From Sminthopsis crassicaudata (lineage: Eukaryota), in the NCBI RefSeq assembly GCF_048593235.1, contig NC_133617.1, forward strand, positions 541,736,958 to 541,800,957: a stretch of 64,000 bases of DNA, in the 5' to 3' direction. Below the pieces are notes generated by a model, which had not been told where the DNA came from, did no database searches, and saw nothing but the letters and a program-made list of their open reading frames with translations. The position numbers and the translations under genes are program-made. The number at the start of each line of letters is the position of its first letter. Position 1 is the stretch's first letter. Below, one piece after another: positions 38,760 to 52,243 of this stretch.

Positions 38760-39769
38760 ATCCTATTTGTGGATGGCTGCCAAGAGTCATCACAAAAAAG
38801 TTCCTCTACAACATAATGATGTCTGAGTATTGGGAATAAATACTGCCTGAAAAAAGATTAAGGCAAAAAAGATGGCCAATTTTGCTTAAAAATCATAAAA
38901 CAATTATTGCCAGAACTAATTCCAACAGGTCAGTTATAATCTGATTCAATAATTACAATGAAATTACTGTATGCCGATTTTTTCCCCTTCTCTTTTTCTT
39001 CTGTTTTTGTCTTTTAAAATGCTATTTATTATGGGCAATGGCTCTCTTGGAAAGAATACTGGGGAAAAGATGATGCAAAAAACAAGATATAAATAAAAAC
39101 TTACAATTTAACAAAAGAAAACTGCACAAAATTTGTTCTCCCAAGATTTCTGACCAATAAATGTCAATACTTCTGTAAAAAAAAAAAAAAAAAGCCATAC
39201 ATAGAAAAAAAAGACAACTCATTTCTCAAATATATTTTCCAAAATTAAAAAATAAGAAATTTATTTTATGATGTTTTATCTTTCTTTTATATATGTTTTG
39301 AGAAGTATGATGAAATATTTAATGAAGAGCAAACCTCAGAGTCAGAAAACCTTAGGATCAATTCCTCCCTGTAACACACACCATCTACCTTGGTTCCCAG
39401 GAAATCACTTCTCAGTTTTCCAGGTCTCTCTGGTCACAAATGAGTTAGTGAGCTGAACTAGTTGGGAATTCCCACAGAAAGAGCTCCTTATATCAAAGAA
39501 ATTACAGGTCCAGATTCATCTCCACCATCCCCAACAAAGAGTTTTGCAACATTTAACAAAGTATGTTTTTCTAAAAAACAAATTTATTTAGTTTTGCTAA
39601 TCTTTTCTCTCTGAAATCATGATGTATTAAAGTGTGCCCATGCATAAGAAAAAAGTACCAATATTCTGACTTCACTGGTTTATTTTGATTTGATCTATTT
39701 TGTGGCAAAATTAAATGACTTTATCTATATCCACAGATACAACCCAAGTTCATTAGCTGTTATAATTCT

Positions 39770-40625
39770 TATTGTCCTCTTCTGAGTTGTTTATTGTTTT
39801 CTTTTTTTTTTTTTAACTTCCCTTCCCTGTCACCATAACAATTTTCTACAGTCCGATTCTTTTTTGTTTCTGTTTTCTTACTTTTTCTCCAGATTATTTT
39901 ATTACTTTTAAAGTTGAGCTCTATTCCTGGAGTAGAGGATGTACTAGCCCCACCTTCTTGAACTGGGGCTGCAAGCCCTACTAGAAGCTTGCCTGGTACT
40001 ACATACGAGCCAAAAGGGCCTGGACATTTGCTCTGCACGAGGGTTATGGGGGTCTGGCTGTTTACTAGGTGCTATAGTGAATCATGAAAAGGGTCTGGCC
40101 CTGGGCTAAGGCCACAGAACAGGGCTGGCTGCTCATCTGGCGCTGCCTCAGGGCTTGTGGTGGACCATGTGCTGCAACAAGGCCATAGGGCCTTTGATAC
40201 TGACTTAAACTAGGACACAGAATTTCTGCACATGTCTTGCCGCACCAGCTCTGAACTGTAAGTTCTCTTTTACCCAAGTAAGAAAGATCTTTTTTGATTT
40301 ACATGAAATGATGCTGAGTGAAAATAGCAGAACCAAAAAAAACTGCACACAGCAACAGCAAGATTGTGCAATGATCAAGTATGACAGATATGATTCTTCT
40401 CAATAGTTCAGTGATCCAAGGCAATCTCAATAAATTTTGGATGGAAGATGCCATTCACATCCAGACAGAGAACTATGGAGAGTGAATGTAAATCAACACA
40501 TGCTGTTACTTTTAAATTTTTTTCTTCTTTTTTTTCCCTTGCCGTTTTTCCCTTTTGTTCTGATCTTTCTCTCCCAACATGATTCACAAGGAAATATATT
40601 TTAAAATGAATGTACATATATAATC
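39770..40625. mobile_element. LINE-1 5' region (minus) joined to LINE-1 3'UTR (plus)
   Basis: 39770-40270 resembles an antisense ORF1 start and 5'UTR. 40270-40625 is a sense 3'UTR. Confidence 0.55.
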
Positions 40626-42431
40626 AAAAAGAGATGTTTTTACAAATTACAGGTGAAATAAAACTTAAAAAGATCTTTCCTGCCAAACTTCTAAGTTGTC
40701 TTGGAATGGAAAACTGTTTCATCTTGCATTTTTGTTGGTTCTGCCATTCAGAATTCATTTTGAGATATTATCTTATAATTGTTTAGATGAGAATTTGGGA
40801 AAGTTCAGACAAACTCCTGACTTATTTTGCCATTCTGGCTCTCCCAAAGTCCTAAGCACACTATGTTTTGATCTTGATTTTTTTGACTATCATCACCTGT
40901 ACTATGCGGTCCTGTGCTGAGGGCACTAAAATTTACTTTGAAGGTTTTCCTCAAACTCATAAAACTTCTATATCTTTTTATCTTTGTGAACAAGTTAAAA
41001 TCAAAATTAAATGTTACTTTGCAACTTCTATACATTGCTCTGAGCTCTGTTCCCTCTGTCTTTTTCCTCCTTCCACATATCTTATGGTAAAAGAATTTGT
41101 TTTTTAGACATTATTTGCAAAGGAAAATAGAATATAAAAATCTAAAAATGATAATGATGATACTCTAGAGTAAAATAAAAGAAAAATGAGAATGAAATAA
41201 GTTCACATATATAGAATAAAAGATATTTTATTTCTATCATCCTATACAGCTAATGTTTCCAGCTTTATCTTGGATTATTACAAAGAATAATGACTACTCA
41301 TAATCCTTAAATTAAAATGATGTCCTCAATATCTTAACAATTTCTTGTTGATTTTGAGATTCACCCATCTTGGATATCTGGATTGGGATAACTGGTTCAT
41401 TATATAATATAAACTCGCTTTCTTTTTTAATCTTTTGTCAATGTATTTTAATTTTTATACCATAATTACTTTCCCCCATAGTTCCTCTCACAATATGGAT
41501 AACTAAAACAAAATAATGTTTTCCCTTATTTCACATTAAATATAAGGACACTATTTCTACTTGAACATTTTCTTGGTAATGCCAAAGCAGGACTCTGAAT
41601 AATGTCAGAATAATTGCTGACGGGGATTTTTTTTTTGCTATCACAGAGAATTGTTCCAGAAGAATTCAACACAGCCGTAGGTACTGAACAATGATACTTG
41701 TAACCAGAGGGATTTTGTGGGCATGAAATGCCATTAAATAACCTGACCAACATTAGTTTATTCTTATGAAAGGGATGGGGGAAAGTCTTGATTAGGAAGC
41801 TGGGTCACCTTATTAGAAAATGCTGTAGGTTACAGTCACAATTTGGGAGAGGTTTAATTCCCTCCTGAAGGCATTTGTACATCTGTTAATGAGGAGATGA
41901 CTTCTAAATCTGCCACTTAGCAGATTTTAGAAATGGCCTGAGTTTCATTATAGAACTGATCCTTAGAAGAAAAATTAGTATCTTTTGCAATTTTAGACAA
42001 TTTAGAGATATAAAATTTTACACAGTTTTGTAGAAGCAAACTCTTTCCTCAAGAAGGAATGTAGTATAGTAGAAAGCTTCCTAGCTTGGGATTGCAAATG
42101 GCCTGAATTTTATTCCTAGCATTGTCAAAAATTTGTTGTTGATGCTGCATTGTCTGGTACACAGAACTCTACCATCTCTAAAAGTCTATGATTTCAAGGT
42201 ATTAAGTAATATTCCATAGATGTAAAAAACATATCTACTCTAATCCTGAAGAGATGACAGTGGAATTGTGTTCATTATTGTACTTAGAATCCAATGACTG
42301 CTATTTATAAAATACAAGCTCATCAATAGAAAAATGCCACTAGATAATACCACAGGACTTTGCCCTGGTCTTAATAGGCATTTTGCCCCTCAGTACTAAG
42401 GGATATCCAGTCAGAGGTAATTATTAAACAT

Positions 42432-42465
<34 letters not shown>

Positions 42466-45400
42466 ATATACACACATACATACATATATATGTATATATG
42501 TATGTATGTATGTATGCATGTGTATAATAGTTCCTTAAATACTAATCAATGAATAAGAGTTCACCTGATCATGAATAGGTGACATACACCTCAATCCATT
42601 TACTCCATAAAACTTTTAGAAGAACTTTATTCTGCTCATAGGTTTATACAATCTAGAGTTAGAGAGTTAGAATTGGAAGGAACTTTGGAATTTTGGAGTT
42701 CCTTTGTTCTACAGAAGAGGAAACAATTTTGACATCTCCAAAGACTTTTGTAGAGTTAAGAGATATTCTACCCTAAGAAATCATGTAGAATATCACATTT
42801 TAGAAACCTATATGTATACTAATTTTCAGAGGTAATAACAAACATTACTTACACAATCCAAATAGCCACAATAACACTTCTAAAATCCATTTTTAACAAA
42901 CAGAAAAAGCAATTAGCTTAAATTAATTGCTTTGCTGATGCTGGTTGCACTAGGTATGCTTGGCAGATTTGAAACTCTTGCTTGTACTGTCACAAACTAA
43001 CATTCTGATGATTTTTTGGACCACAGTCACACTGGAGCAACTAACCAAATAATTGCTCTAATGTGAGCCTACCTTTAATCAGTATGTTTAGGCTCACACT
43101 TGCAATTAACAAAATCATAAACTTCCCATTTAAAAAAATAGTGCTTAAAAAAGAACCCAAAGGGGCCAAGGATAGACGTATGACATATATACTTATATAG
43201 CACTAATAATTTTGTTCACTGATGTCTCTTCTATTGGTACAGTGAGAAAGGCAAGTAAAAAATTTGGTTTTGTTTTATAAATTTGTTTTTATACACAAAG
43301 TAAAATTATAAATCGCAACAAACTTCAACATAAAATTCTATTTCCTACTCAAAAGGGCAGAATTTATCATTTTCAGGTAAAAAGAAAGCAATAAAGCAAA
43401 TTACATTTTATTGCAGTCAATAAACTAATCTTAATTTTTATTTTTAAGTCACATAAAATAATTCATAAATATCAAATTTAAAAATAAGCATTTGAACAAA
43501 TATTTGAAGCATCAGAATATGAAATCAAATGTAAATGATGACATACATATATATATAATCTGCTAAAAAGGAATATTTATAATGGAAACACTGGGGGACA
43601 TTATGACAGCTATTATTTCATCTTTATTTTAAATAAAAAGATGCCCATATTATTTTCATAAAAATTATAAGCAGAAGTGTCAAAAGCACTACAATAACAA
43701 TTCTTTATCTCTTCACTAAGCAAGGAAGATTTTCCATACTATTTAAAATATTTCGTTCATTGAGAAATGGTACATACAAAACCATATTTTCATGAGGCAA
43801 AAAAGGCTCAAATTGACAATGTTCTATCTTTTTTTTTTTACTCCTTTAGAGAATACTATTTTTCCTTAAATTCTATAAGAACTGTGACAGAGAATACAGC
43901 CAACCCACATTTATGTCAAGACTGCCATTTAAAATTTTTATTAATTGAGTCCAAGCAATTTATCTTCTGGTTTAACATATGTGTCCCTTTCTTCAAAAAT
44001 ATTTCTTTATGCCACAACTCATAAAAATATTTTAGGCTGAAGCTAAATTCTTTGCACTAAATTAATAACTAATCACAGGAGATATTTATCATCTCAGATT
44101 TTACATGAAAATTGTCAGAATTAATCAGTTTTCTCATATTTTCACTATTTACAAGGCTTCATTTATCATACATTTTAAAAATCCGACAACAGTGAGTAAT
44201 TGTAATTACTCTTGTCCAGTCCTCATGATTAATAACAAGAACACTCCTTGGGAAGAAAAGAAGAGAAAAATGCTTATTAATTTATGACTGATACTTAAGT
44301 GATCCTGTCAATATTTTTATTAAGAAAGAAAGATTTCCAAGAAACTATTTTAATATTGGCACCTTCCCCACATTTTAAGTTAATGAGCCTTAGTAATATC
44401 TCCAAATGTACTATCATCTTTTACTGCATTCTCTGAATAAAATGTAGCCCATTCAGAAGAGAAATCAAACATTCATAATTCACAGTGTTCTAAAAAGGAA
44501 TATATAGCTGTTAAAGCACATTGCTAATCATGTTATTACTATAAGATGTTATATAACCTCTTGAGAAAGATCCTTAAGGATGGGGCTATGCAAATAGTAC
44601 AACAAGAATTTTTCTGTAAATTTTCTGAAGATAGTAACATATTCAATGACAAAAAAGCAATATTAGCATCTACATTGGAATATTCCATAAAACAAGTCTC
44701 TATAATACATCCATCATTAGCTTCTGCAAAATTCTGGCTAAGACTCAATATTATACCAAAAAAAAGCATATTATACAGAAAATATTTTGTTGAAATTTTT
44801 TAAAAGAAATACATCTATCCCTGAAAAATGATTTGGAAAAATTTCATAAACTACTAAATATTTTAGAGCATCTACTGAAGCATTCACAAAATACAATACT
44901 AAACCACAACCAAATCTCCAGAAATAGGAATCTCCTTACAGCAACAATAAAGTACTGTCAGAAACCTTAATCGTTGTCCCACAATAAATGTATTTACATA
45001 TAAACCCATATGGGAAGAAGAAAGTTAGGAAAAAAAAACATTTTAGTAGGGATGTAAGAAGGAGACACAAGGCAATATTTTCATAGGTATTCTATATATC
45101 AAGATGTTTGTATTGGCCCCACTAGAAAACTTAAGTATAAAAATGAGTAGATACATAAAAGGTTAGGCTTACAAATAATTTTGAATACTATAGGTAGTTT
45201 CCAAAATAATCTGATAGCTTATGAAATTTCACTAGCATAGGAAAATTCTATACCAACCTTACAACTCTCTTAGTGCACATTAACTCTTATTCCAGTTCAC
45301 TGGAAATACAATAAGTTGTATTATCTTTTTCAAAAAGTAGGATATCAATAGAAGACAAGCTGAAATCAATCATTCTATTTACTTTACAACTAAAATTTTG

Positions 45401-47238
45401 ACCAAATAGTTATATAAATTGGTAGGAGACAGGTTGCAGCATTCAAGAAAGTAAATACTACCAAAAAACTAACTAAACAGTTGAATTAACTTTTATAGTC
45501 TCTTTACTTCCAAATTGGTTGGTTGGTTGTTTTTTGTCTGTTTGTTTTTTACTGAAGCACGCTGTTCAAAATTCATAATCTATACTAAAAATAAAAAGAA
45601 TTCTTTTCCAGACCACATAAGTTTTAACAGAAAACAAAATATCCTCTAACTCAAATACAACTATACTTGCTCAATTTAATGGATAGAGCTGTACCCTTTG
45701 GGCAATTCTAAAACTTTAGCCTTTCAGAAAATTAAGTAGTAGCAGAAGGTTAAAATAAAGTACAATTGTAAGTACATATTCCACAGTGGAATGATATTCA
45801 CTAGAAAAGAGTAGATGAACACTTAAAAATATAATATATAAGTTCACAAAACAATTCATGGAAATAAAAAAGGGCACTAAGCCAACACTTTGTACCAGCA
45901 CCACCTGCTCCAATCCTTGCTGAACTTTATTTCTAAATGTCACCCTTTTTTATTGACTTAATGGAAATCTTCAAGAAGAAACAGAATAAACACCCAGAGT
46001 AGATGAGGTGACTTAGAACAATCTTTATACAAAGCTTCACTGAGTTTTATATAAGTCAGTGCTGTCAATCTTCTTTTCTGTATTTATAAATCAAATGTAA
46101 AAAGAAGTAAATCTATCACTCTACAAATCCAACCTCTTTAAAATATGGTAGATTAATAGCTGTATATGAGAAGCAATGATAAAAACATATAAATATTTTA
46201 TTAGTGGTTTATATGATTAAAACTTAGGAAGGAGTTTGAAAAATTGGATGCTGGTGGGTACACACCACAGTTCCAGTAAATTCATTTTTTGTACATTTAA
46301 AGTACTACTCAGATCACAGAATCCTCAAGTTGTAAAACTCATCCCAATCACCCTTCCAAAATAGAATTCCTTTTACAACATTCATAATAGAAAAGGTGGT
46401 ATATTTTGGATTAGCTTAAGTCAACCTTAGCAATAATCACAAATTATTAACTGACATCCAGTGCCTTCTAGTTGTTAATAATAGGAGACATAAAATCTTG
46501 TTTTGCCTTACTCAGTTCTAACAAAAAAAAAAAATGGTCCTTAATATGTCATGTTGACTAGACTGTTGATGAAGTTTTCTATTGACAGTTTAGAATTTCC
46601 TTGACCAAAAGGACTTTGTCTCTGGGAGGCAGGGTAGAGGAGAAAGCAAGACTCTTACTAAGTAGGTCCTCGTTCTTTACAACTAACAAACTCCCACCTA
46701 GTCACATTATCTCCATTCTAGTGAATCTTAACCCAGGCTTTCAATATTCAAATCTAATTCACTATATCTCAATAACCTAATCTCTTATTCCTACGATCCT
46801 CAACATTCCATATTCCACTCTAAATATTCTTCCATGCTCTCTAGAACGATTGCTCTATAGGAACTTCTTTTCATCTTGAATCTTTTCCTCTCCCATTCCT
46901 TTCATCTTCTGGCTCTCATTAAGACCTAGTTTCTTCCTAATAATTAACAGTTTCAATGGTCAGCCTTCTAGCAATGGGAGCACTTTTGCTCATTCTCCCG
47001 ACCAATAGAGATGAGGGAGCTGAAATATCCTTAGTTCCCCATTACTCCATCCAAAATTTCCCTGTACCTCCATCATTTCAGTAACCTCTCCTCTGAGGTT
47101 CACTCAAGCTACATCCACTACCTAATCAAGATTCTGGTAGGTGCTGACTGTTGACTTCCAAAATTCTACTCTCCTCAATTAATACACTGCATGATTCACA
47201 TTCTTTCAATGTACAGATCGATATTCCCTCAAACACAA

Positions 47239-47719
47239 TGTAATACCCAAGAAACTGAGGCAGACAGAGATTGGTTTTTAATCTTTACTGTGGAGAGTTT
47301 GGGTTAGCCTACCGAGATGGGACTTTTATCCAAAGCATTCCCTGAGGCAGAGAACTTACATAGAGTTTTAGCTAACTAGGGTTTGCAAAAAGAATACATA
47401 ACCTAAGTATACAATCATATAGAGGAAACAAAAGAAGATAAGAGGGGGTGAGGACACTGGGTGAGTGAACAAGCCATAATTCCAAGAAAGGATCATAACT
47501 TAATACTGACTGGATAGGAGTCAAGATAAGATAAGGCAGGAGACAGTGAGGCAAGGGGCAATACTCAAATGGAGTATCCTAGCAAGGATTGAGATAATGC
47601 ATCTGGAGTTTATGACACAATGGTTTGTAAAGGTGATTGGAACTCCAAGGTTTTTCCTAACTCAATTTCCCCAGTCCTAATGGCAAGGAAGGGAGGCTAT
47701 GACCTCAATCCAGCACCCA
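47239..47719 (-). mobile_element. Solo LTR related to the one at 31480
   Basis: tgtaatacccaagaaactgaggcagacagag resembles the reverse complement of the 32019 end. There is a possible 4-bp TSD ACAA. The right boundary is uncertain. Confidence 0.6.
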
Positions 47720-48644
47720 ACAACTCTAACTTCCTAGTTCCTCAATTTGTTCATTTCCTACAATCTACTCCTTCAACTCATTTCAGCTTCACACAGATCT
47801 ACACACAAGATTGTGCTCTTGATCTCAGCACCACCCATAAATATACTACTTCCATGTTCATGAATTCTCAAATTCCCATATCTAACTACAATCTGTTATC
47901 ATTTCAGTTGTCCTTCTGCCTTACCACCTTAACTAACCTGTTCTTCATCCTTACTGCAACCTCAAATCTCTCAACCTCTCCAATTCTTTTCTGATAGATC
48001 TCTGTATTGTGTTTTCCCCTTCCTTCCTTGTTAATGGGCCAGAACTCTGAAACAAGGATTCTTACAAGGTGTTAATTCAGTAGATTTGATAAAGACAATG
48101 ATTATCTAGTTTAGCATGGTGCTTGATAGTTCTCTAAGTTTAGTATGATTGATTTAATCTTACAACAAATAATGGTTTCCTAGTGATATAATAATTGGTT
48201 TATACTCAGTGTAGAGCATATAATCTGGGAGCCTCAGCCAGAGGAGGGCAGAGAAAACAGCAGATTGGAGGTGGGAGCTCAAACTCTCAGAGCCAAGGAG
48301 AGAGAGATTCATATTCATCTTTATCAGCCTTGTGGTAGCTGGCCTGTCCTCCTGTATTTTCTCAACTGAAACCAAGTCCCCTCTGAAGCCATGAGAAAGC
48401 TAGCTGAGCACCAAGTGAAAGAGACAATAAGGAATTTGGACTTTAACACCTGGCTGTTCTTGTGATGATTACTTGGCTGAAACAAAGGCTGCTCCTAGGA
48501 CCTCCAGAAAACCAAACCAAGAACATTACATTTTGGCGCCCAAACGTGGGTCTAAGAACCTACATCTGACCTAGAAATAAGGGTGAGTACAAAAACAGAC
48601 AAGAAGGAAACTTTGTTAAGGGCTAAACTAGTGCTTTAGCTGAA

Positions 48645-50085
48645 ATGGGACAAATGTTTAGAAAGGAGTCTTCTTTTCCACTTCAAGAAAAATGTGTCAA
48701 GAGCATGGTTAAATTTATATTAAAAAAAACAAAACAAAACAAAACAAGGCTTAATTGTAACTTGGGAGCAGATTATTCTACTTTTAGAAACATTACAATA
48801 CACATCTCCTTAATTCTCAAAGGAAAAAGAATTAGACCCAGAAGAGTGGAAATTAGTAGGAGAGCAACTAAATGAATATTACAATGATAGTGGTAGTGAT
48901 TCGATTCCTAAAGAAACCCTCTATACATATAATTTAATACAATTGGCTTTAATAAATTACATAAGTATTAGAATAAGAAAAAAGAAGAAAATGCAGGAGG
49001 GGGAGGATATTGACAAACTAGGTGAAAAGGATGAAGAATTAGACAAGAATGGAGTTAAGTACAATTCTGATGAAATTAAGGAGAGTGGTGCTTCACAGCA
49101 GGAGCCATTAGGGCATTCCAAAACCCCTCAATTAACCCTTCATGGGTGGAGGGAGGAGGAGGAAGGGAAGGGGCAGTAACACAATAAGCATTACCTATGA
49201 AGCAGCCTATGACAAGATTACAAAAGGCACTAGTTAAAGCTAAAAAAGGACAGGAATATATGTAATTTAATAAATGCATACCCTGCGATTGAAGAATTTG
49301 ATTCTTCAGGTCAAGCCAGGAAAAGATACGCTCCTTTTGATCTGGAAATAATTAAAGATTTTAAAAAAGGGTTGCATTCTTTATGGATCTATATCGTCTT
49401 ATGTTAAGATGATATTAGAGAATTTGGCTTATGAAATTTTAATTCCTAGTGATTGGAAATCTATAACAAGGACATGTTTAGAACCTGGACAAAACTTGCT
49501 GTGGCTTTCAGAGTATAGTGAATTTATGTAGGATACAAGCCCAACAAAATAAGCAAACTGGAGTTAATATACAAATCACCTTTGACTAACTAGCAGGTAA
49601 AGGTCAGTATGCAGATGCTTCAGCACAGATGAATTATCCCATAGCAGCATATGAGCAAATTGCTTCTGCTGCTGCTATAAAAGCTTGAGTTACCCTCCTA
49701 GGAAAGTAAGATCGAGGGGAAGCCATCACAAAAATAGAGCAAGGTCCAAATGAATCCTTTGCTAATTTTGTGGGACATCTGCAAATAGCTGTCATATGAA
49801 CAATTGGAGAAAATGCAGCTACAGAAATTATGATAAGACAACTGGCTAAGGAAAATGCTAATGAGGCTTGTAGAAGAATAATATGGAGACTACGCAAGGA
49901 TGCTCCTTTAAAGGAGATCATAATACACTGTGCCACAGTGGGCACAAATGCTTTTTATACCCAGGCTATGATGCAGAACATAGGAAGATAGAGTCCCTCT
50001 TAGCAAGGGATTTCCAGAGAGACTCGTCAATGCTTTCAGTGTGGTAAAGTAGAGCTTCTGAAAGCTCAATATAGACATCAAGCAG
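48645..50085 (+). pseudogene. gag: Proviral gag, disrupted
   Basis: It starts MGQ (Gly2 myristoylation). The MHR KIEQGPNESFANFVGHL is near 49731, followed by RQLAKENANEACR, and a decayed knuckle QCFQCGK is near 50030. It has several stops and frameshifts. Confidence 0.85.
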
Positions 50086-50129
50086 CTCCAATGTAATCAC
50101 CAAGTGATGAGGAGAGATCTAGAAAGTGG

Positions 50130-50230
50130 TGAATAGAAGGCACCAGATAGGTTAACTGCTTGAGAAAAAGGGTTTGCTTATATTTCTACAGATGGAGAAG
50201 GAATTAGATGGGTGCCAATGAGCACCTGGA
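50130..50230 (+). pseudogene. Integrase C-terminal remnant
   Basis: APDRLTA*EKGFAYISTDGEGIRWVP resembles the GPDxLxxWGRGxA...WVP motif of betaretroviral IN. Confidence 0.65.
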
Positions 50231-52114
50231 GAGAGACAGAAAAAGAGAAAAACCTTGAAACAAAGAAGACTTAAGAAATATCTGACACTGAAAGAGCATG
50301 GCTGATAATGAGACTATTACAGAATTTCAACGCCAGCAAGAATCATTGGATTCCTTGAGATGAAAAATTGTTGTTAAGACTGTTGCAGAACTTTCAAATC
50401 TGCAGGAATCACTGGATTCCCTAAAACATAAGAAGACTGATGCAGGACTACAAAACTTGCAGGAATTATTGGATTCCTGACACATGAATGGACAAAAATT
50501 GGTTTTGGACTATTTCTAGGACTTATGGACATGTATAATTTCTCATGTTGATTCATGTTTGTTACATCATTATTAGCCTGTGTTACTATATGTGCTTGTG
50601 TAATGACTCCCATGTTGATGGATTTATGTATACATTTCAAGCAAGACCCTTTAGAAACCCACTAATCTGTTTTGATTCCTCATTTTCCTTTGGTTTTCAT
50701 CTCCCTTCCTGAGACATCAAGGAGGGCATGATCACCTCCTTTTTTGGTGTTTTCACCCCCTTTTTGAGGAGTCAGGGAAGGTGTGATCACCTCCTTTTTG
50801 GGGTTCACCTCCTTGAGAAGTCAGGGAGAGTGTGACCATCTTATGTTCTAAAACAAAAGAAAGCGGGAGATGTTAGAGGCCAGAACTCTGAAACAAGGAT
50901 TCTTACAAAGTGTTAAGTCAGTGGAATTGACAAGACAATGGTTATCTAGTTTAGCATGGTGCTTAATAGTTCTCTAAGTTCAGTGTGACTGATTTAATCT
51001 TACAACAAAATGGTTATCTAGTTTAGCATGGTGCTTAATAGTTCTCTAAATTCAGTGTGACTGATTTAATCTTACAACAAATAATGGTTTCCTAGTGATT
51101 GGTTTATACTCAGTGTAGAACATATCAGCTGGGAGGCAGAAACAGAGTCATTCCATCATCCACTTTTGTGGTGGCTGGAGGCTGAAGCACACTTAGACTC
51201 AGACTCACTTCATCTCACACCCTCATGATGCCTGGCCTCCTGCATTTTTTCCACTGAAACCAAGTCCCCTCTGAAGGCCACAAGAAAGCTAGCTGAGCAC
51301 CAGTTGAAGGAGACAACAAAGACTTTTGAACTTTAACACCTGGCTACTACTGTGATGATTACTCTATTGAAACGAAGCCTTCTCAGAGACCTCCAGAAAA
51401 CCAAGCAGAACACTACGCTTCCTCATCTTGACTGACTGATGAACCAGTTTAACTTTACGCTGTCATCATCTCACCAGTCCCCTTTTATTCCAATAACAAT
51501 TCTGCTCTTCCAAGCCTCAGCCTTGAATCATTCTTACCATCTTTAAACTTAGAATTCCAATAGGACGAAGGTAAAGAAAAATCACAAAACTACAATTTCA
51601 AGCTACATAATCACAACTGAGCCTTCACTTAGACCAGGTAATCCACTTCCTTACTGAATCTCTGTCCTACTTGCCTCTTCCAAATAGTTTCATCTTACCT
51701 CAAAGCTCCCAATCCGCACCCCCGCCTCCAGTCTCAATGAGAAACTTGTCTTTTGTCTATTTCACAGGGGGAAAAAAATGAAGCTATTCCCAGAGATCTC
51801 CCTCTCCTCCCCATCTCACATTATTCAAAGCCTTTCCTCCACTGTCTGTACCTTCATCCCTATTCCTCATAATGAGACAGGGCAAATTACTCTATATGTA
51901 CAAATATATCTAGTCTCATCTTCTCAAGCATACTGATCTCTATATTCCTCCCTCTTTGTAATCTTCAGTCTAACTAGTAACTGCTTCTCTATTGCAAAGA
52001 AAGATGATCATGTCTCCTCCATCCTAAAAAAAATTAAAAAAAGTCTTCACTTGATTTATCCATCTCCACAAGCTATTGTTTTTTTTTAATTTGCCTCCTG
52101 GAGTAGGTAGATGT

Positions 52115-52243
52115 TATAGTGGAAAGAGCACTTACCCTGGAGTCAGGAGGACCTGAGCTGACCTCAGACATTTAATACACACTAGCTGTGGGACCCTGGG
52201 TAAATCACTTAACCTCAATTGCCTCTCAAAAAAAAAAAAAAAG
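52115..52243 (+). mobile_element. WSINE1-like SINE with A tail
   Basis: agtggaaagagcacttaccctggagtcaggaggacctgag...aaatcacttaacctcaattgcctc followed by A14. Confidence 0.75.

Larger units (their letters stand above)
48029..51417 (+). mobile_element. Internally deleted betaretrovirus-like (ERV-K class) provirus
   Basis: 5' LTR 48029-48530, PBS TGGCGCCCAAACGTGGG 48534-48550 (tRNA-Lys1,2-like), PPT AAAAGAAAGCGGGAGA ending at 50870, 3' LTR 50871-51417. A 6-bp TSD CTTCCT lies at 48023-48028 and 51418-51423. Confidence 0.95.

Noticed and set aside
44539-45943. Short ORFs at 44539-44803 and 45716-45943
   Set aside because: They have no recognisable homology or convincing splice signals, and their lengths are expected by chance.
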